In this document: positions 1 to 11,049 of the stretch, piece after piece
Numbering within the stretch: position 1 is the stretch's first letter
Layout of the letters: the number at the start of each line of letters is the position of its first letter
NCBI RefSeq assembly: GCF_027921745.1
Contig: NC_079239.1
Span: 1,364,001-1,428,000 of the forward strand
DNA: 64,000 nt
Source: Schizosaccharomyces osmophilus
Taxonomy: Eukaryota
Direction: 5' to 3'
The notes under the pieces: model-generated
Told to the model about the DNA's origin: nothing
Databases searched by the model: none
The model's input: the letters and a program-made list of their open reading frames with translations, nothing else
Program-made: the position numbers and the translations under genes

Positions 1-1
1 C

Positions 2-445
2 CATTGGGACGACAAAATATTTGCTTACAATGCTGGTAGTAACAAGACAATGCTATGGCAAAATCATGAGCGACCACCTCGTCCTTTTAACCTGACGCCG
101 TTCGCCATTTCTTTGAATGCTTTAACTGACGAACTTAAACCATGGTTACCTCCTACGGATACTCGTTGGCGACCTGATCAGAGAGCAATGGAAGTAGGTC
201 AATATGATTTTGCCGCTGACGAGAAAAGCAGGGTTGAAGAGAAGCAAAGAACCAAAAAGAAAATGCGTGATCTAGGACAAATAGAAGAATGGAAACCAAA
301 ATGGTTTTCACAACAGAAGCATCCCGTCACTGGTGAAGAATATTGGATGTTCAATGGTGATTATTGGAACGTAAGAGAGGAAGCTGGTAAAGCAAACCTC
401 TCTGGTCAATCATTCGAATGGCCCGGCGCTGACGATATTTTTTGA
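2..445 (+). CDS. osh2: Oxysterol-binding protein (ORP/Osh family), 3' end only; gene begins before the window
   Basis: C-terminal ORD motifs [34 protein letters not shown]. Frame open from position 2. Symbol from synteny. Confidence 0.85.
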   Translation, partial: HWDDKIFAYNAGSNKTMLWQNHERPPRPFNLTPFAISLNALTDELKPWLPPTDTRWRPDQRAMEVGQYDFAADEKSRVEEKQRTKKKMRDLGQIEEWKPKWFSQQKHPVTGEEYWMFNGDYWNVREEAGKANLSGQSFEWPGADDIF

Positions 446-590
446 TATGCATAATACAGTGTTTATTATACTTAGTATGAATGAATAAGAATTATTTAAA
501 TATGCCTAAAAACCACACTATCATTTATAGACTACAAAAATTACGAGGAAGATACGTATATTTTGAGGACAAGATGATGAAAATTTCATT

Positions 591-1154
591 TTAAGCAGCA
601 GTAATAGCCTTACGAGCAGCCAAGTTGCGAGCCTTAGCACCTTGCTTCAAAGAAACACGGGCAACCTTATCTTGAGCCTTAGGAACAGCGTCCTCTTCCT
701 CAGCAACAATAACTTCAATGTGGCAAGGATGAGACAAGTAGGCAGTGACACGACCATAAGCACGGTAGGTACGGCGGTGTTGCTTAGGGGCAGCGTTGAC
801 TTGAATGTGCTTGATGGCCAACTTGTCCATATCCAAACCCTTGGACTCAGCGTTAGCCTCGGCATTCTTCAAAAGGTCAAGGATAACCTTGACAGACTTT
901 TGGGGCCAACGAGCTTGAGTGACACCGAATTCCTTGCCTTGAGCAGTACGGCCAACACCTCCGTTGAAGCGACGGAAGGGAACAGCTTGCTTGTGATCAA
1001 GGACGTTGTCCATGAAAGCAAAGGCCTTCTTTAGGTTCATGCCATTAATGGTAAAGGCAACTTCACGAGTATTCTTAAAGTGAGTTCTCAAGTAAGCACC
1101 ACGAGCTCTGGCGCACTTGGTCTCAACAGCAGGTGAAGCGGAATAGCGGGCCAT
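591..1154 (-). CDS. rpl17: 60S ribosomal protein L17 (uL22), intronless
   Basis: ARGAYLRTHFKNTRE, VPFRRFNGGVGRTAQGKEFG, RRTYRAYGR motifs; strong codon bias. Confidence 0.97.
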   Translation of the reverse strand: MARYSASPAVETKCARARGAYLRTHFKNTREVAFTINGMNLKKAFAFMDNVLDHKQAVPFRRFNGGVGRTAQGKEFGVTQARWPQKSVKVILDLLKNAEANAESKGLDMDKLAIKHIQVNAAPKQHRRTYRAYGRVTAYLSHPCHIEVIVAEEEDAVPKAQDKVARVSLKQGAKARNLAARKAITAA

Positions 1155-1228
1155 TGCTACTTTTGTTGTGGTAAAAGGCTAGTGCTATCTGTATGGGTTT
1201 CGTCTTTCTGGTTTCTGTTGTTTCGTTT

Positions 1229-1258
1229 CGTGACTGGTTTGAACCATTAGGGTAGGGT
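1229..1258. promoter_or_regulatory. HomolD-like (CGTGACTG 1229-1236) and HomolE (AGGGTAGGGT 1249-1258) ribosomal-protein promoter boxes
   Basis: Matches fission-yeast HomolD (CAGTCACA/G) and HomolE consensus, 75-105 bp upstream of the rpl17 ATG. Confidence 0.8.
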
Positions 1259-1539
1259 TGAGTTATTAAGGACAGTATGTAAGGTACGACACTAAAAAAT
1301 AAAAAGTTTTCCTTATGCCTCGCTCAGTTAATTTAGGACAGGACTAGACAGTGCGTACCATTGCTGTAAGTGAGTGTTTTTACGGTACGCTGTAAGCTTG
1401 AAACTTTTCTTTACCAAAATCGCAAAGTTGGAAAACTTCCATTCTATCTCCCTCGTTGTATTCAATTTGCCTTAGCATCTGAGCTACGGCAATTTACATC
1501 AACGAAGGACGACTACTGTCAAGGGCAAGGTTCCTACAT

Positions 1540-4179
1540 ATGAGCGTCCGAGATTCATGTGATCCCAAAACACTTAGGAAGTTGTGCGAGCAGAATTATG
1601 ATAAGAGTAACGCACTTCTTTCCGTCTTGAAAGAGAGTTTGACGAAGCTTGGAAATGAGTTGGATACTCTGATTGAGAAGAATCAAGTATTATTTCGTAC
1701 TGAAAATGGGAATGTAGTGGAAGGATCGAAACGCTCAACCAAAACTAAGAAAAATGGTAATGGAGGAAGGTCAAAGGACCCAAAGCGACCGACGGCGGAG
1801 GCGAATTCTGGGAAACTGGAAAATCGCAAGGAATGGAAGCAGCTTTTGTCTGTAAATTCTAAAATTGCTGCACTTATGGGCGAGATTTTGCTGACAGATG
1901 TCTCGTTTTCTTTAGATAAGGATATTTTGACTGTAATATGGACGAAGGTTCATTATCGAGTTATTTCCTTTTTGAAACACAAGATTATTCAGGCGTCCAG
2001 GAAGAACAACATTGGAGTTTTAGGGTCATTAGTGACTCTTTATTTTCAATATCTTGATACTTGCGTTCATTTCTATGTCTCCTTTGCCTTCATTTTGGTT
2101 AAAGTTTACCGCTTGCAATGTCTTGAGCCTTTAGCATCGTATCTTGCTACTCAGCTTGCATTCAAAACTTCAAAAAAGTCTCACAAAATAAAGGTCAAAT
2201 CTGGAAGCGCATTGCGACAAGATACACTCTTAAAATCTTTATTTTCTTCTATTTTTGGGTTTAAAAAATTGTTTTCTGGCACTTTAAGTGTCATTCTCCA
2301 GAAAACGTCAATAGCTGCGGGTTCTGAGATAGTTGCGTCCTCGTCTGCATACGTTTTTAGTCCTTTATTTGAGTCATCTCTACCGGACAAAGAGGCTCAT
2401 TATTTGATTAGCACTATATATGGTTCCCTTATTCATGTAGGTGATATCTATCGCTACCTGGCTCAGGCTCGTTCACCAAAATTGCCCGATTATTCTATCG
2501 CTAAAAAACATTACCATATGGCTGCTTTTGCTGTTCCAAATTGCGGCGTCCATTATCATCAGTTAGGTTTAATTGAAGTACAAAATGCCGATTCGTCCGT
2601 TACTAATTCTCCTCGAAATCATCATCAAGAACTATATAAAAGCCCGTCGTCTAGCTCGCTTTTTTCAGTTGAAGCCTCTTCTAAACCGGTCGTCGATGAT
2701 GCCACTTTACTAGGAGTTTCCTTTTTCTTTTTAGCTTCTATATCTCCTAATGGTGTTGTTGCAAAGGGGGCTTGTAACAGCCTTCTCATTGCGCTTAAAC
2801 GTATTCTTGGAAAGCCGAATTCCTTTGATCCAAGTTTGGTAATTTACCAAAAGGACGATTCTCTTGTATCCTTAATCCTTCGTTTATATGCTTTGGCATT
2901 TTCTGACTTTGATTGTATGTCTTATACGAATTCCCTTGTGAAGCGAGTTAGATTTTTATTATGTGATTCCTTAAAAAATGCCAAGTTATCTTACGAAACA
3001 TTATTGAGAATAACTTATTGTGCGCTTGCAGCAAGATGTCTCGCATCGAAGCTAGGGTACAGTGGAATAGAGGATGCGAATAAGAAGTTTCCTTCTACGA
3101 AATTAGCGACACAAACTACTGTAATGTTTCTGGAAGTTCTTGTGGATGCGGTAAACGGCCAACTTCCTTTGCATGCGTTAAGTGTCACTTCTTTGCGCCA
3201 AGATCACCCGCATCCCTATGGTGTACTTCTGCAAAATACCATCCTTTCCCCAATGGTTTTACCCGTATGCGCTTTGGTTTCTTTCTGCCTGAAACATAAA
3301 GATACGTGGATTACAAAGGAGATTGGAACTGGTTTATCACAGATTTACAATCGTTTAACCTTCTTTTTCGAAAGCACGAAACAAGATTTGCCTACTGAGG
3401 AATCTTTAAATTGGAGTACTCAGTGGGACGTTGGTTTGCCATTTTTCTTTCCTATGCAACAAATTTATGATGTCAATTATGACTTGTTAAAATTGTTCAT
3501 CGCGAATAAAATTTATCCTTTAGGTGAAGAAGAGGAAGTTGAAGGTCAAAAATTTACCAAGGATAGTTACTCAGGATTGAAACTATCTATAGACTCTTTG
3601 TATATATTACTGGGTCGTCATGCAAATGCTCAAGCTCTAGCTTCATCCGTGTCGGTATCACCCCCTGCTACTCCCCATGGATTCGATCGACCTTTGGGAT
3701 CAACAGGTGTTCCTGCGTTCCCTGTATTCAGTGCGTCTTCTTTACCATCTGACCAGTCTTCTCCCACATCACCATTCTATTCTGGCGCTTCTTCTGTTGT
3801 ACAACCGTCGTCGAGTATCGCAAGTCTGCAGTTTGGTAGAATGGTTGACCCTAAACCATCGCAGCCAATTTCACCTTTTGTACCTGAAAATCTTAGTCAG
3901 ATGACACACTCGAAACTTATGGCTTCTTTTGATGCTTCAACAGAGAATGATGTGGACAGACCAGAAACGCCTAATTATGATTCTCGCTTGCGTTCACGAG
4001 CAGCATCAGTAGCATCCGGAAGTGGGCGAAGTACACCAATGAAAGGAGAAAAGGTTCTATTTCGACCCATTGGAAGTCCAAAACCACAGGCACATCCTTC
4101 TAGCGACACTTCTGATGTACAGCGTCAAGTATTTTTATCAGAATTGTTAAAAAAAATGATCAACATCAATAACACTTGA
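1540..4179 (+). CDS. ebs1: EST1/SMG5-7 family NMD factor Ebs1-like
   Basis: 879-aa ORF with EST1-like LIHVGDIYRY...AKKHYHMAAFAVPNCGVHYHQLG segment and Ser/Pro-rich tail; synteny. Confidence 0.8.
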   Translation: MSVRDSCDPKTLRKLCEQNYDKSNALLSVLKESLTKLGNELDTLIEKNQVLFRTENGNVVEGSKRSTKTKKNGNGGRSKDPKRPTAEANSGKLENRKEWKQLLSVNSKIAALMGEILLTDVSFSLDKDILTVIWTKVHYRVISFLKHKIIQASRKNNIGVLGSLVTLYFQYLDTCVHFYVSFAFILVKVYRLQCLEPLASYLATQLAFKTSKKSHKIKVKSGSALRQDTLLKSLFSSIFGFKKLFSGTLSVILQKTSIAAGSEIVASSSAYVFSPLFESSLPDKEAHYLISTIYGSLIHVGDIYRYLAQARSPKLPDYSIAKKHYHMAAFAVPNCGVHYHQLGLIEVQNADSSVTNSPRNHHQELYKSPSSSSLFSVEASSKPVVDDATLLGVSFFFLASISPNGVVAKGACNSLLIALKRILGKPNSFDPSLVIYQKDDSLVSLILRLYALAFSDFDCMSYTNSLVKRVRFLLCDSLKNAKLSYETLLRITYCALAARCLASKLGYSGIEDANKKFPSTKLATQTTVMFLEVLVDAVNGQLPLHALSVTSLRQDHPHPYGVLLQNTILSPMVLPVCALVSFCLKHKDTWITKEIGTGLSQIYNRLTFFFESTKQDLPTEESLNWSTQWDVGLPFFFPMQQIYDVNYDLLKLFIANKIYPLGEEEEVEGQKFTKDSYSGLKLSIDSLYILLGRHANAQALASSVSVSPPATPHGFDRPLGSTGVPAFPVFSASSLPSDQSSPTSPFYSGASSVVQPSSSIASLQFGRMVDPKPSQPISPFVPENLSQMTHSKLMASFDASTENDVDRPETPNYDSRLRSRAASVASGSGRSTPMKGEKVLFRPIGSPKPQAHPSSDTSDVQRQVFLSELLKKMININNT

Positions 4180-5689
4180 ACTCGCTTGTCATTAAACAGT
4201 ATGTTTTCCCTTTTACCTATATGGTATACCTCTAAAAGAGAAGAAGGTATGTAAATAAAAGAAACGGAGTCAAGGAAGTACATAAGTTACCCTGAATTAG
4301 TCTGTTACGATGATGAAAAAGATTCCGTTTTTATATTTAAAAAGGGAAGGAAATGTTGCTATTGTTTGTTTTTCCAAAAAATGGGCGCGTAGAAGTGCTC
4401 ACTTTAAAAAAAAAATGACAAGGAAACTAATTTTCTTGTCGTTGTAGATTATATCGGTCATTTCTCCTTTATTCTGTTTCCAACCCGAAAAAATTATCGT
4501 TATTCTTACATTACTCGGCCAGTTTCATTCTATAGCTTTTATTATTCTAATGAATAAGCGCATGGCAAATTGAATGTCTGCCTACCTTTAGAGTATATAT
4601 TTTGTGAGGACCATGAAAGAACCATATGCAAAGTGAGGTTTTGATTCGACCACGCAATGATAGGTATACGCTTTGTGAAGTCATATAATCAAGGTTCAGA
4701 TTCAAAAGTTTACTTGCTTTTCTACTTGCAAAAGGAAAGCGAAACAAGCATCCTTAAAATGTCACTGGAGTAAAGCAAGCTAGTATAAGTAAAATGGAAA
4801 ATAGAATGAAAAACGGATGTTTCCGCTCTGGAATAAATATTTGATGATATAAGGATTGTTACAAGAGAAGTCAATCGTATATGAGATGAAAGTGTATGTT
4901 GGTAGTAATGATAACTAAACTTGTAGTTTTTTCTGCTTCAATTTATGGTTACTACATGCAAATAAAGAAAGAATACAAGAGGATTTAATGAAAGCCAAAA
5001 AAGCTGTTTGATTGAATCAAGTCAGATGAATCTTCCAAGTTTAAGGTGTTGACAATGAGCTGAACAATTGATTTACCTTTACCAATTTAATCAAAGAAGT
5101 AGCGTTTATTCTTGGCAATTTGTTCCTTCTAGTTTCAATCTTCAAAATTTTCATTAATGTCTTCGAATACATAATGAATGGTTGCTTTTGTGCATAATAA
5201 TATACTCTATACAAGTATACTTAAAGTAATATTATAAACACAAAAGAATTTTTAGGATTTACCAACGTAAATTTGAAAGCATTGTTATTTATGGCATGCC
5301 GATGAACAGTGCGTTACAGTACAACATTTGAACAAGTATTTTAAGTGGTGTAATAACATATACAGCATTAAAACGATATGCTTATTCTTTTGGAAAACCA
5401 ACATCTGCCTTCAACTTTCGTACCCTTTGTTTACGGTGCATCGTTTGCTTTTTGCATTTTTATACATATTACATATATATATCCAAGTTTAAATAAGAAT
5501 TGGATGAGTAGGAGCTGATCATAATTGAACATTCTTAACGGATTTTTCAATCTCTGGAACAAAGTCCCTACGTTTCATTTTTGGTGTGTTTAAACCACTA
5601 AATTTACCGACCGGCTTTTCTAAAATTTCTATTTAAATAAAACGCGTAAAAGACTAATTATAATTGGGGAGGTGACTAGTTTTGCAATA

Positions 5690-6559
5690 ATGAATACATT
5701 TCAAATCAAAACTCGCCAAACTCTCTACTCGATTGTACAGTGTCGTGCATTTACTACGAAGCAAAAACTTGGAAAACATAGTCCTCTTCCAGGATGGGAT
5801 CCCCACTCTGAATACTTTCGTCCAGGACCTACGATGGCCCATCGTTTAGAAGAACATATGAATGACACGATTATGTCCGATGTGTTAGTGGGAACATATA
5901 AACATAATGTTGATTTTGAAGATTCATCTCCTCACTTCAATGAGCCTGCAGACCGGCTGGTTCGATGGACGGGCGACAACCCATATTACAAAAATCGACC
6001 CCCTCGCCATTCTCGTGGGTATAAACCCCTCTTGCCTTTTAAACGACCTGTTCGTCCAGAAAATCTCCCTAATATCTCAAAAGTTGTCGTAAGTACTATG
6101 GTCAAGGAAGCCCTTCAAGATAAGTCTCATTTGTTGAGCACTATTATGGCTTTACGTTCCATTACCGGCGTGGAGCCAGAAATTATAGAAGCTAGAAAGG
6201 ATGTCTCTCCATGGAGATTGAGATCTGGCTTCCCTGTAGGAGCAAGCGTGGCTCTCGAGGGCGAGTCAATGTACAATTTTTTGTCTGTTCTTTCCGAGTT
6301 AGTCCTCCCTCAGCTTCACGACTTTAAGGGAATTTCTTCAACAGTTGGAGACCAAACAGGTAATATCTCTTTTGGTCTTCCCGGAAGCGCTTTACCTCTT
6401 TTCCCTCAAATTGAAGCTGTATACGAAATGTATCCCCACTCTCTTCCAGGCTTTCATGTCAACATCGCAACAAAGGCCCAAGATACTCGATTGGCAAGAT
6501 TTGCTCTTAGCAGCATGATTCCATTTAAAACAAGCAATCCAGAAGATGATGTTCGCTAA
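5690..6559 (+). CDS. mrpl7: Mitochondrial ribosomal protein uL5m
   Basis: L5 motifs LPNISKVVV, ARKDVSPWRLRSGFPVGASVAL, GDQTGNISFG. First ATG at 5690. Confidence 0.92.
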   Translation: MNTFQIKTRQTLYSIVQCRAFTTKQKLGKHSPLPGWDPHSEYFRPGPTMAHRLEEHMNDTIMSDVLVGTYKHNVDFEDSSPHFNEPADRLVRWTGDNPYYKNRPPRHSRGYKPLLPFKRPVRPENLPNISKVVVSTMVKEALQDKSHLLSTIMALRSITGVEPEIIEARKDVSPWRLRSGFPVGASVALEGESMYNFLSVLSELVLPQLHDFKGISSTVGDQTGNISFGLPGSALPLFPQIEAVYEMYPHSLPGFHVNIATKAQDTRLARFALSSMIPFKTSNPEDDVR

Positions 6560-6864
6560 GACATAAAAAATAATATTGGCAATGAGAACTAGCTACTGCT
6601 TTCAATACTTAATATTACTTTCCTTTTTTATTTTAAACCATATATTATTTTCGGAATCCCGTTTCTACACTAAATAAGAGAAAGTAAAAAAAAGAAAAAA
6701 CTAATTATTAAATAATTTGTAGAAGTAAAAGATAAGGAATCAAAATATAAAAGAGAGACAATTCAAAAAAGTTTATACACAAGAAATAAAACATCAACAT
6801 TAGGCATCGTAAAAATCGTAAAGTCATTTACTTCCGAATCATTAGAAAAATCAAATCTTTACTG

Positions 6865-8826
6865 TCACTTAGCAATAAAAGGATGTTGGAGCAATTCCGA
6901 AGCGGTAGGTCTTTCATTGCAATCAATGGCAAATGTTGTATTTAAAAAATCATGGACAGAAGGAGTCGCATCGGAAGGATATTCTGGGGGGATATTTTGT
7001 CCTATTTTAAAAATTGCTTGCATTTGATCACATGTAGGATACGGATGCTTGCTGGTAAGCATCTCAATAACTAAACAACCAAGTGACCATATATCAGTTT
7101 TTTCGGTATGTTGCGTTTGCTTGACTACTTCTGGAGCCATCCAAAAAGAGGATCCTTGTAAAGATTGACGAGGAGATATGGCCTTATCGCTGGGATTCTC
7201 CAACTCCAACTTTTTAGATATTCCAAAATCCGAAATCTTTATTTTGCCTTTATTATCAACCAAAATATTAGCACCTTTAATATCTCTGTGCACGATGCCT
7301 TTGGAATGAAGATATTGCAAGCCTTCTAATGTTTGCTTTATGAAATTTCTTACAAGAGGGGCCTCAAAACTTCCGTACATTTCAAGTAGACCAGTGACAG
7401 AGCCACCAGGGACATATTCCAAAAAAATATTCAGATATTCCGACGTTAAATTTGATCCAAGATATTGGACAATGTGTTCGTGAGCCAATTCCTGCAGTAA
7501 ATCGATTTCACCAACGAGAGAATTGAAAAGACTGGAATGACGCTCTTTAGATTTTTTAAAGTCACCTAGGCTGATTTGCTTTACGGCCATTAATTCACCA
7601 CTAGATGCATTCATACCGAGATAAACTTGTCCGAAAGACCCAGACCCAATCAATGCTCCGCGGATCCATCTGACTGGTTCTTCCACTTCCTCTTCACCTG
7701 GGTTAGTTTCTTCACTTGTGGTGGTTGGAGTTGGCGACGCAGGAGTCACATGTTCCACAAAAGTTGGAGAAGGTATTGGCGACATTTTAGGTGCGGCTGA
7801 CGGAAGCTGGTTGTTTCGTAAAGCGGCTGTTTGTATGCTGGCAACCCCATGTCGTTCAGAAAACTTCTGTGAAAATGAGGAATTTTGCATAGGTGGTGTT
7901 TTTGAAGCAACGCCAAGCTTAGTTTTCTTTTCAATATCCGACTTCGTCCTTGGCGCAATTTTATTGGCAACTTTTGAATCGTCTAACGTATTTATTTTTA
8001 ATGAAGACATGGATTTTAGGAATTCTAAGTGTTGACGCCGCAAACTTCTTGATTTTGGGAGAATTTCCTTTCCAAATGTATTTTCCCGAGATGGATGGAT
8101 GTTTTGAGTTCCTACAAAAGAATTGTACAGCGTTTTCTCTAATAATTTTGGCTGATGCTCAGGGAAAAAGTGAGAAATTCGCGAACTAATAAGTTCACTC
8201 GGAGGTCTTTGAATGGATAAACACGAAGCATTTGTCCTATCTGAAGGAAACAAAGTTTTCTGTATGTTTTCAGATAGCAAAGAAGAAAAGTTTCGTGAGC
8301 TATTAAAGTTCCCTGGCAATGGCTGAGAGGACTCTATTTCCCAGGATTTGCGAAGATCTTCAAAAGAAGGACACGTTTTAGTTTCCGAAACGATTATGAG
8401 TCTTTCTCTTTCTGAGGAAGACGGATTGAGGTATATTTCCTGAAAAGCTTCTTCAGAAATTGGCCTAACTTGACTACTCTGTGTGACGCAGACAATATAC
8501 TTGCCCTCATCAGGTAAGGAAAACTTTCGTAAAGCGAGATTCAACGTTTCCGAATAATTCCCAAAAGATTGGATCGTTCGGGTCTGCCCGTTGCAAGCAA
8601 TGAATCGTAATATGCATGGTTTGGGGGCATCTCGCAATCTATTTCGTTCTCTCAAAAACTCTTGACGTTTTCCAACATCACTGATCCCAAGCTCTTCCAG
8701 TAATGGATGTGACAATCGAGCTAAATGCCGTCCCTCTATTTTATGTTGTGCAAACGCGTCAACGTATTCTTCAAATCCAGTTTTTTTTAGCCATCCGCAG
8801 ACTTTCTCTACCGAATAATTTTCCAT
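6865..8826 (-). CDS. byr2: MAPKKK Byr2 (SAM, Ras-association and kinase domains)
   Basis: N-terminal SAM domain, [15 protein letters not shown] domain, kinase motifs [26 protein letters not shown]. Confidence 0.96.
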   Translation of the reverse strand: MENYSVEKVCGWLKKTGFEEYVDAFAQHKIEGRHLARLSHPLLEELGISDVGKRQEFLRERNRLRDAPKPCILRFIACNGQTRTIQSFGNYSETLNLALRKFSLPDEGKYIVCVTQSSQVRPISEEAFQEIYLNPSSSERERLIIVSETKTCPSFEDLRKSWEIESSQPLPGNFNSSRNFSSLLSENIQKTLFPSDRTNASCLSIQRPPSELISSRISHFFPEHQPKLLEKTLYNSFVGTQNIHPSRENTFGKEILPKSRSLRRQHLEFLKSMSSLKINTLDDSKVANKIAPRTKSDIEKKTKLGVASKTPPMQNSSFSQKFSERHGVASIQTAALRNNQLPSAAPKMSPIPSPTFVEHVTPASPTPTTTSEETNPGEEEVEEPVRWIRGALIGSGSFGQVYLGMNASSGELMAVKQISLGDFKKSKERHSSLFNSLVGEIDLLQELAHEHIVQYLGSNLTSEYLNIFLEYVPGGSVTGLLEMYGSFEAPLVRNFIKQTLEGLQYLHSKGIVHRDIKGANILVDNKGKIKISDFGISKKLELENPSDKAISPRQSLQGSSFWMAPEVVKQTQHTEKTDIWSLGCLVIEMLTSKHPYPTCDQMQAIFKIGQNIPPEYPSDATPSVHDFLNTTFAIDCNERPTASELLQHPFIAK

Positions 8827-9186
8827 GAAGTTTACCCGGCTTTAAAGTTCGAAACAGCGTCGCTTTACCGCGAACGTTTTCTACAAGTTATGTATTTAAC
8901 TGACTCTTCGTTGATTGTGAGTGAGGACTTGACAGAACCAACCTCCACAGCTGACATGAAATAAGCGAGTTTGTTACACTTTGTAATCCTTATTGAGCAC
9001 TGTACTGTACTTATTTGGCGCAAGTCCATTCATCTTTATAAAGACAGATGCTGTTGAAATCCGTTTTCCTTCGTCTTTAACACGTTGTAAATATAACATG
9101 AATAACAATTTATTTCGGGTTCTCTAAAAGATAAGAAAACTAATCAAAACCATTTGAGATGCTTGCTCATTTAAGTTTCTGCAAAC

Positions 9187-9441
9187 GTTTAACTTCATCT
9201 TCGTAGTATTTAATAGAATGTTAGTTTAATACATGATTTAAAAATATTCATTCAAACCAGAACAAGCTTCACTGACGTTTCATGGGTTTATCAAGTAAAA
9301 GTTTCATATTCTACAACATTCTTTTCTGTTGAACTGGACTCAAAAGAAATTTTTTTTTATAAAAAAAAAAAAAAAAACAATGGGTTTCAAATGCATGGAT
9401 TTTGGTGTTCGTTTCACGTGTTTGATTTATCGGATGTTTCA
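9187..9441 (-). ncRNA. DSR (Mmi1-binding) hexamer cluster, probable 3' part of a nam1-like lncRNA upstream of byr2; transcript ends unknown
   Basis: Minus-strand TTAAAC at 9187 and 9224; TGAAAC at 9277, 9301, 9384, 9411 and 9436; TCAAAC at 9420. Same strand as byr2. Confidence 0.7.
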
Positions 9442-10370
9442 CTTTATCCCAACTCAACCTGTAAATGGACCAGACTACAATCCCCACACGGAAAAACACA
9501 ATAATGCTCGGCTTGAATAGTCCAAGAATAGAAAGCCAAATAAATCGTCGTTTTCGTAAGGTTCAAAACCCATAAGTAAGCGTTTGTTAACCCAACTCTT
9601 CGTCTCTTACACTTTCTTCTTTGGGAAAGAAAGCATAAACGTATATACACTCACTGTAATAAGTGCATGCCATTCACATAGAAAGAACTAATTACACGAA
9701 AGAGCCACATACATCACTTTTTTCATACGTACGCGATTTTAACGGCTAAAGAGATTCAACTTCAAATATTACGATTATTTTCCAGATGTAACTTTTCAGA
9801 ATAGTACATCCGACAACCACAAATATCGAAATTAAAACGAGCTTTAACAGCCGCCATAACCTCAGCAAGTATCAGGCTAATGTTTAACATCACGGGAACC
9901 AGCCTATTCACGAAAAGGTGACATATATAATTACACTCATCGTATGCCAAACCATATAGTTTATTAGCCGACCTTTGAATATCATGAGCCCTTTTATTTA
10001 GCGTTCTATTAAAGACAAGCATCACTATTGCTTCACCGAACATGGGCCTTGCAGAACAGGAGATTGAGTGAGAAGCAGGACAGACGATCCCTCAAAACTA
10101 CTCAGGTGAAAAGACTTTTTATAAAAATCCCAATTCACCATCAAAAATAAATAGAAAAAGAAGAAATAAAATGTTTTATCGCGCCAAAATTTCCAAATTA
10201 CAACATCATCCGTTTTCTTCGATCAAGAGAGCCAAATGTAACATAGGTTTATATTCCAATACTACTAAAGTTTCGAAAAGTAATCTTTAAATAGTCCAAG
10301 CCAATTAATTAGATGGGCAACAAATCATAAGTCCCTGATCATTTCTAAAATCTGATTCGCTTTATATCAA

Positions 10371-10961
10371 TTACTTGTTCTCGGAGTTCGATCCGAAGTA
10401 ATCATCCATTTCCTTATCAAGTTCCTCAGCGGATTTCTTAGGACGGGTATTGCCCTTACTACGGCGAACGTTCCTTTTCTTAGTGGTCTTAGGCTTATTG
10501 GGAGTGTTCGCTTTAGCAGGTGCAACACGAGCGGCTAGTGAATTTAATTGACGGCTAGGATCAAGGATAATCTCAATTTTCATCTTTCTAGTACCATCAA
10601 CCATACGTCCTTCATATTGTTCATAAGCACGGGTAGCGTCACCTTGGCGAGAAAAGATAACTGTAGCGATACCCTTCGAGCGACCGTTTGGACCATATGC
10701 CAAAGACACACGTTTGCAAGGACCAATCGATTTTACAAAAAGCTCTCTAACTTGAGCTTCTGTGACATCGGGAGGTAAGTTAGATACAATGATTTTCGAC
10801 TCCTCGGAAATGACTGATTTTATCGTAGAAACAGTATCGTTAGAAGATTTGTTTGTTCTGGAAGCTTTAGGCTTGTTAATACGAGTTTGGCGCTTTCTAA
10901 TTCCTCCTTTGGGCTTTGAAGCAATAATTGCATCCAATGATTGATCTAATTCCATAGACAT
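10371..10961 (-). CDS. mlo3: mRNA export adaptor Mlo3 (Yra1/ALYREF family, RRM)
   Basis: N-terminal REF box MELDQSLDAII, RRM, C-terminal box KSAEELDKEMDDYF. Start taken as MSMELDQ. Confidence 0.95.
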   Translation of the reverse strand: MSMELDQSLDAIIASKPKGGIRKRQTRINKPKASRTNKSSNDTVSTIKSVISEESKIIVSNLPPDVTEAQVRELFVKSIGPCKRVSLAYGPNGRSKGIATVIFSRQGDATRAYEQYEGRMVDGTRKMKIEIILDPSRQLNSLAARVAPAKANTPNKPKTTKKRNVRRSKGNTRPKKSAEELDKEMDDYFGSNSENK

Positions 10962-11035
10962 TTTCAAAAAGTTCAAGTATGGTGGTTGGTTGCTGTTACA
11001 ATTTTCGTGCCGTGCCTTAAACATTCCTTGTACAT

Positions 11036-11049
11036 GGGTAAGGGTAGGG
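11036..11049. promoter_or_regulatory. HomolE-like box (GGGTAAGGGTAGGG) upstream of mlo3
   Basis: Similar to AGGGTAGGGT, about 80 bp upstream of the ATG. A similar GGGTAAGGGTGGGG lies between end3 and mrt4 at about 22486-22499. Confidence 0.55.

Noticed and set aside
642..1034. Antisense or alternate-frame ORFs over highly expressed genes (also 36124-36783, 50026-50406, 51157-52014, 52793-53077)
   Set aside because: Shadows of biased codon usage in rpl17, sce3, rpl7, rps14 and rps16; no recognisable domains.
4200..5650. 1.5-kb gap between ebs1 and mrpl7 with short ORFs (e.g. 4547-4747)
   Set aside because: No convincing start, splice pattern or domain, and no LTR or RNA gene signature that I could recognise.
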